Shown here: positions 62,323 to 64,000 of the stretch, one piece after another
How positions within the stretch are numbered: the stretch's first letter is position 1
Layout: every line of letters begins with the position of its first letter
From: Candidatus Latescibacterota bacterium
Lineage (GTDB): Bacteria; Latescibacterota; UBA2968; GCA-2709665
Direction of reading: 5' to 3'
DNA: 64,000 bases
NCBI GenBank assembly: GCA_965203805.1
Contig: OZ241917.1
Location: 416,001-480,000, forward strand
The notes under the pieces: model-generated
What the model was told of the DNA's origin: nothing
The model's database searches: none
Seen by the model: the letters and a program-made list of their open reading frames with translations, nothing else
Made by a program: the position numbers and the translations under genes

Positions 62323-62973
62323 CTAGAAAAGTTCGGCCTCCTTCATAGATAGAAACCTGTCTTTCGCCAGCACGATGTGATCAAGAACCTCGATTCCGAT
62401 GATCTCCCCAGCCTGGACCATTCGCCGCGTGAGTTCTATATCCTCACGAGAAGGCGTTACGTCTCCCGATGGATGGTTGGGCGCCAGGATCACCGAGGCC
62501 GCGCAACTGCCGATCGCTGTATAGAATACTTCGCGAGGGTGCACGAGCGAGGCGTTGAGGCTCCCTACGGCGACTTCTTCCCGGTTGATGACCTGGTGGT
62601 TCCGGGCGTTTAAAAAGATCGCTACAAAGTGTTCTCTGCGCCGATCCTTATACTCCGTGAGCATCCCCACCGCGTCCGCGGACTTGGTGATGGATGGTTC
62701 TATCCCCAAGCCCTGATTCAATGCTCTCCTGGAGAGTTCGAACGCCGCGACTAAACCTACCGCTCCGACCCTACCGATACCCTTTACTTCCATCAAATCC
62801 GCCAGGCTCATTCCGATTAGGCTCTGTAAAGATAGCTTCTGGAAAATAGGTTCTACTTTCGCTTCCTCGGTCCGCAACAGGATTGCCAATATTTCTTCAT
62901 CACGCAGGGCCTCAACGCCCAGTTTCTCTAATTTGTCACGAACAATTCCAACACCACCGCTTGCCATTTGCAA
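62323..62973 (-). CDS. radC: RadC-like JAB-domain protein
   Basis: L.DEEILAILLRT, KGIG, VHPREV, NHPSG...PS.ED, LDHI. Confidence 0.92.
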   Translation of the reverse strand: MQMASGGVGIVRDKLEKLGVEALRDEEILAILLRTEEAKVEPIFQKLSLQSLIGMSLADLMEVKGIGRVGAVGLVAAFELSRRALNQGLGIEPSITKSADAVGMLTEYKDRRREHFVAIFLNARNHQVINREEVAVGSLNASLVHPREVFYTAIGSCAASVILAPNHPSGDVTPSREDIELTRRMVQAGEIIGIEVLDHIVLAKDRFLSMKEAELF

Positions 62974-63167
62974 TCACCTTCGTTAATATTTAGGGCCGTG
63001 CCGCTTTAAGTTACCCTTATGCTAACTAACCTGATTACAAAAGACAACATCTTTAAATAAAAAAGAACGCCTGCCGAAAACAGGCGTTCTGACAACATCC
63101 CAGCGTCTGAAAGGGGGTGAGTCCGAAAAGACGCTGATCTAATTTAAAAAAGCGGATCGAGCGCGAC

Positions 63168-63195
63168 AAGCCCAGGGAACTCCCTGGGCTTGTTT
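63168..63195. terminator. Terminator-like hairpin
   Basis: AAGCCCAGGGA-AC-TCCCTGGGCTT just past the stop of 63199-63837. Confidence 0.6.
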
Positions 63196-63198
63196 TGG

Positions 63199-63837
63199 TC
63201 AAAATTCAAATGGGTCTGGTTCTAACCACTCGGTTTCTGGCCATTCGCTACTGTTTGGATAAGGCTGTGGTTTATAAAATTCGTCCGCCACTTCATACCA
63301 ACCACGAACGTTATTTTTCGAATCTACTAATTCAAGCCATAATTCATATTGCAGTCTACGTAATTCTTTAAATCTTACCTCTCCCCAGGGTGATATACGT
63401 CTTACATAAGACACCACACCCTTTAGACGCAAAAATTTCCAAAATTCACCAGTATACTGAAGATATTCAATGGTGTCGCCCTTCGCGAAATTAAGAGTAT
63501 CTTTCTGTGACCCCCTTTGTCTTGCCACATAGGATACTTTCCCCAATACTTCGCCTCCCAGAGTACCAGATGTTTGAGCAAGAAAAAGACCTGAAACAAC
63601 AGTTCGGAAACGAACTCTGTTAAATTTGAGTACAGCCTCAGGGGGAACATGAATTGTGTCTGCGATACTACTCAATGGAAAGGGAGCGTATCGAAGCACC
63701 ATTTTCCCACCTTTAAATGTGCGTGATCCAGGACCAAGATATGCGCTTTCTGCTGGATAAATAGCAGATTCAAAAGCCCAGATACTAATAGGAAATCCAC
63801 AAAATATCATAATACTTAGGCAAATGAATCTTTTCAT
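63199..63837 (-). CDS. Hypothetical secreted protein
   Basis: Signal-peptide-like N-terminus, AT-rich ORF. Confidence 0.6.
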   Translation of the reverse strand: MKRFICLSIMIFCGFPISIWAFESAIYPAESAYLGPGSRTFKGGKMVLRYAPFPLSSIADTIHVPPEAVLKFNRVRFRTVVSGLFLAQTSGTLGGEVLGKVSYVARQRGSQKDTLNFAKGDTIEYLQYTGEFWKFLRLKGVVSYVRRISPWGEVRFKELRRLQYELWLELVDSKNNVRGWYEVADEFYKPQPYPNSSEWPETEWLEPDPFEF

Positions 63838-64000
63838 TAAATTATCCCTTGTAGGTGAGTCCAGGAAGCGATCTGGGTTCTATTGCTTCGGCAAAGCCGG
63901 AGGAAGTTCTTTTACGAGCTCGAGACGGTTACTGTCGCGGATCTGTAAGTACCCATCGACGATTTGTGGTGTTGAAGTAGAAAATGAAGCAGGTATATCA

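Overview
GC-rich bacterial chromosome segment. The rplM-rpsI-rpsB-tsf order plus sulfatase, PhyH and Gfo/Idh/MocA genes suggest an FCB-affiliated lineage such as Latescibacterota or Gemmatimonadota (inference only). Positions 1-13.1 kb are core: dpp permeases, translation genes with no pyrH between tsf and frr, and metabolic genes. Positions 13.1-47 kb are a lower-GC defence hotspot between a convergent sulfatase and a Gfo/Idh/MocA gene. It holds a PHP-ATPase, a 7-gene SNF2-DUF3883 / ATPase-TOPRIM / DUF1156 / nuclease-like / DUF499 / QatB-like / QueC-nuclease operon, solo nucleases, and three copies of recQ-dprA. It is built from stacked segments that each end in a diverged copy of the Gfo 3' end. 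Positions 47-55.4 kb are core-like genes with REP-type repeats. From 55.4 kb on, tldD is truncated and followed by decayed IS elements, pseudogenes and radC. Main signals: (1) five short CCTGYCTG...CAGRCAGG hairpin inserts, all inside transposase genes, four of them in frame; (2) a QueC-nuclease fusion paired with an MG-start partner on a DUF499/DUF1156 operon; (3) integrase-free tandem accretion of the defence slot; (4) two structured RNA candidates with their own promoters. All family calls come from motif recognition by eye; no searches were run.
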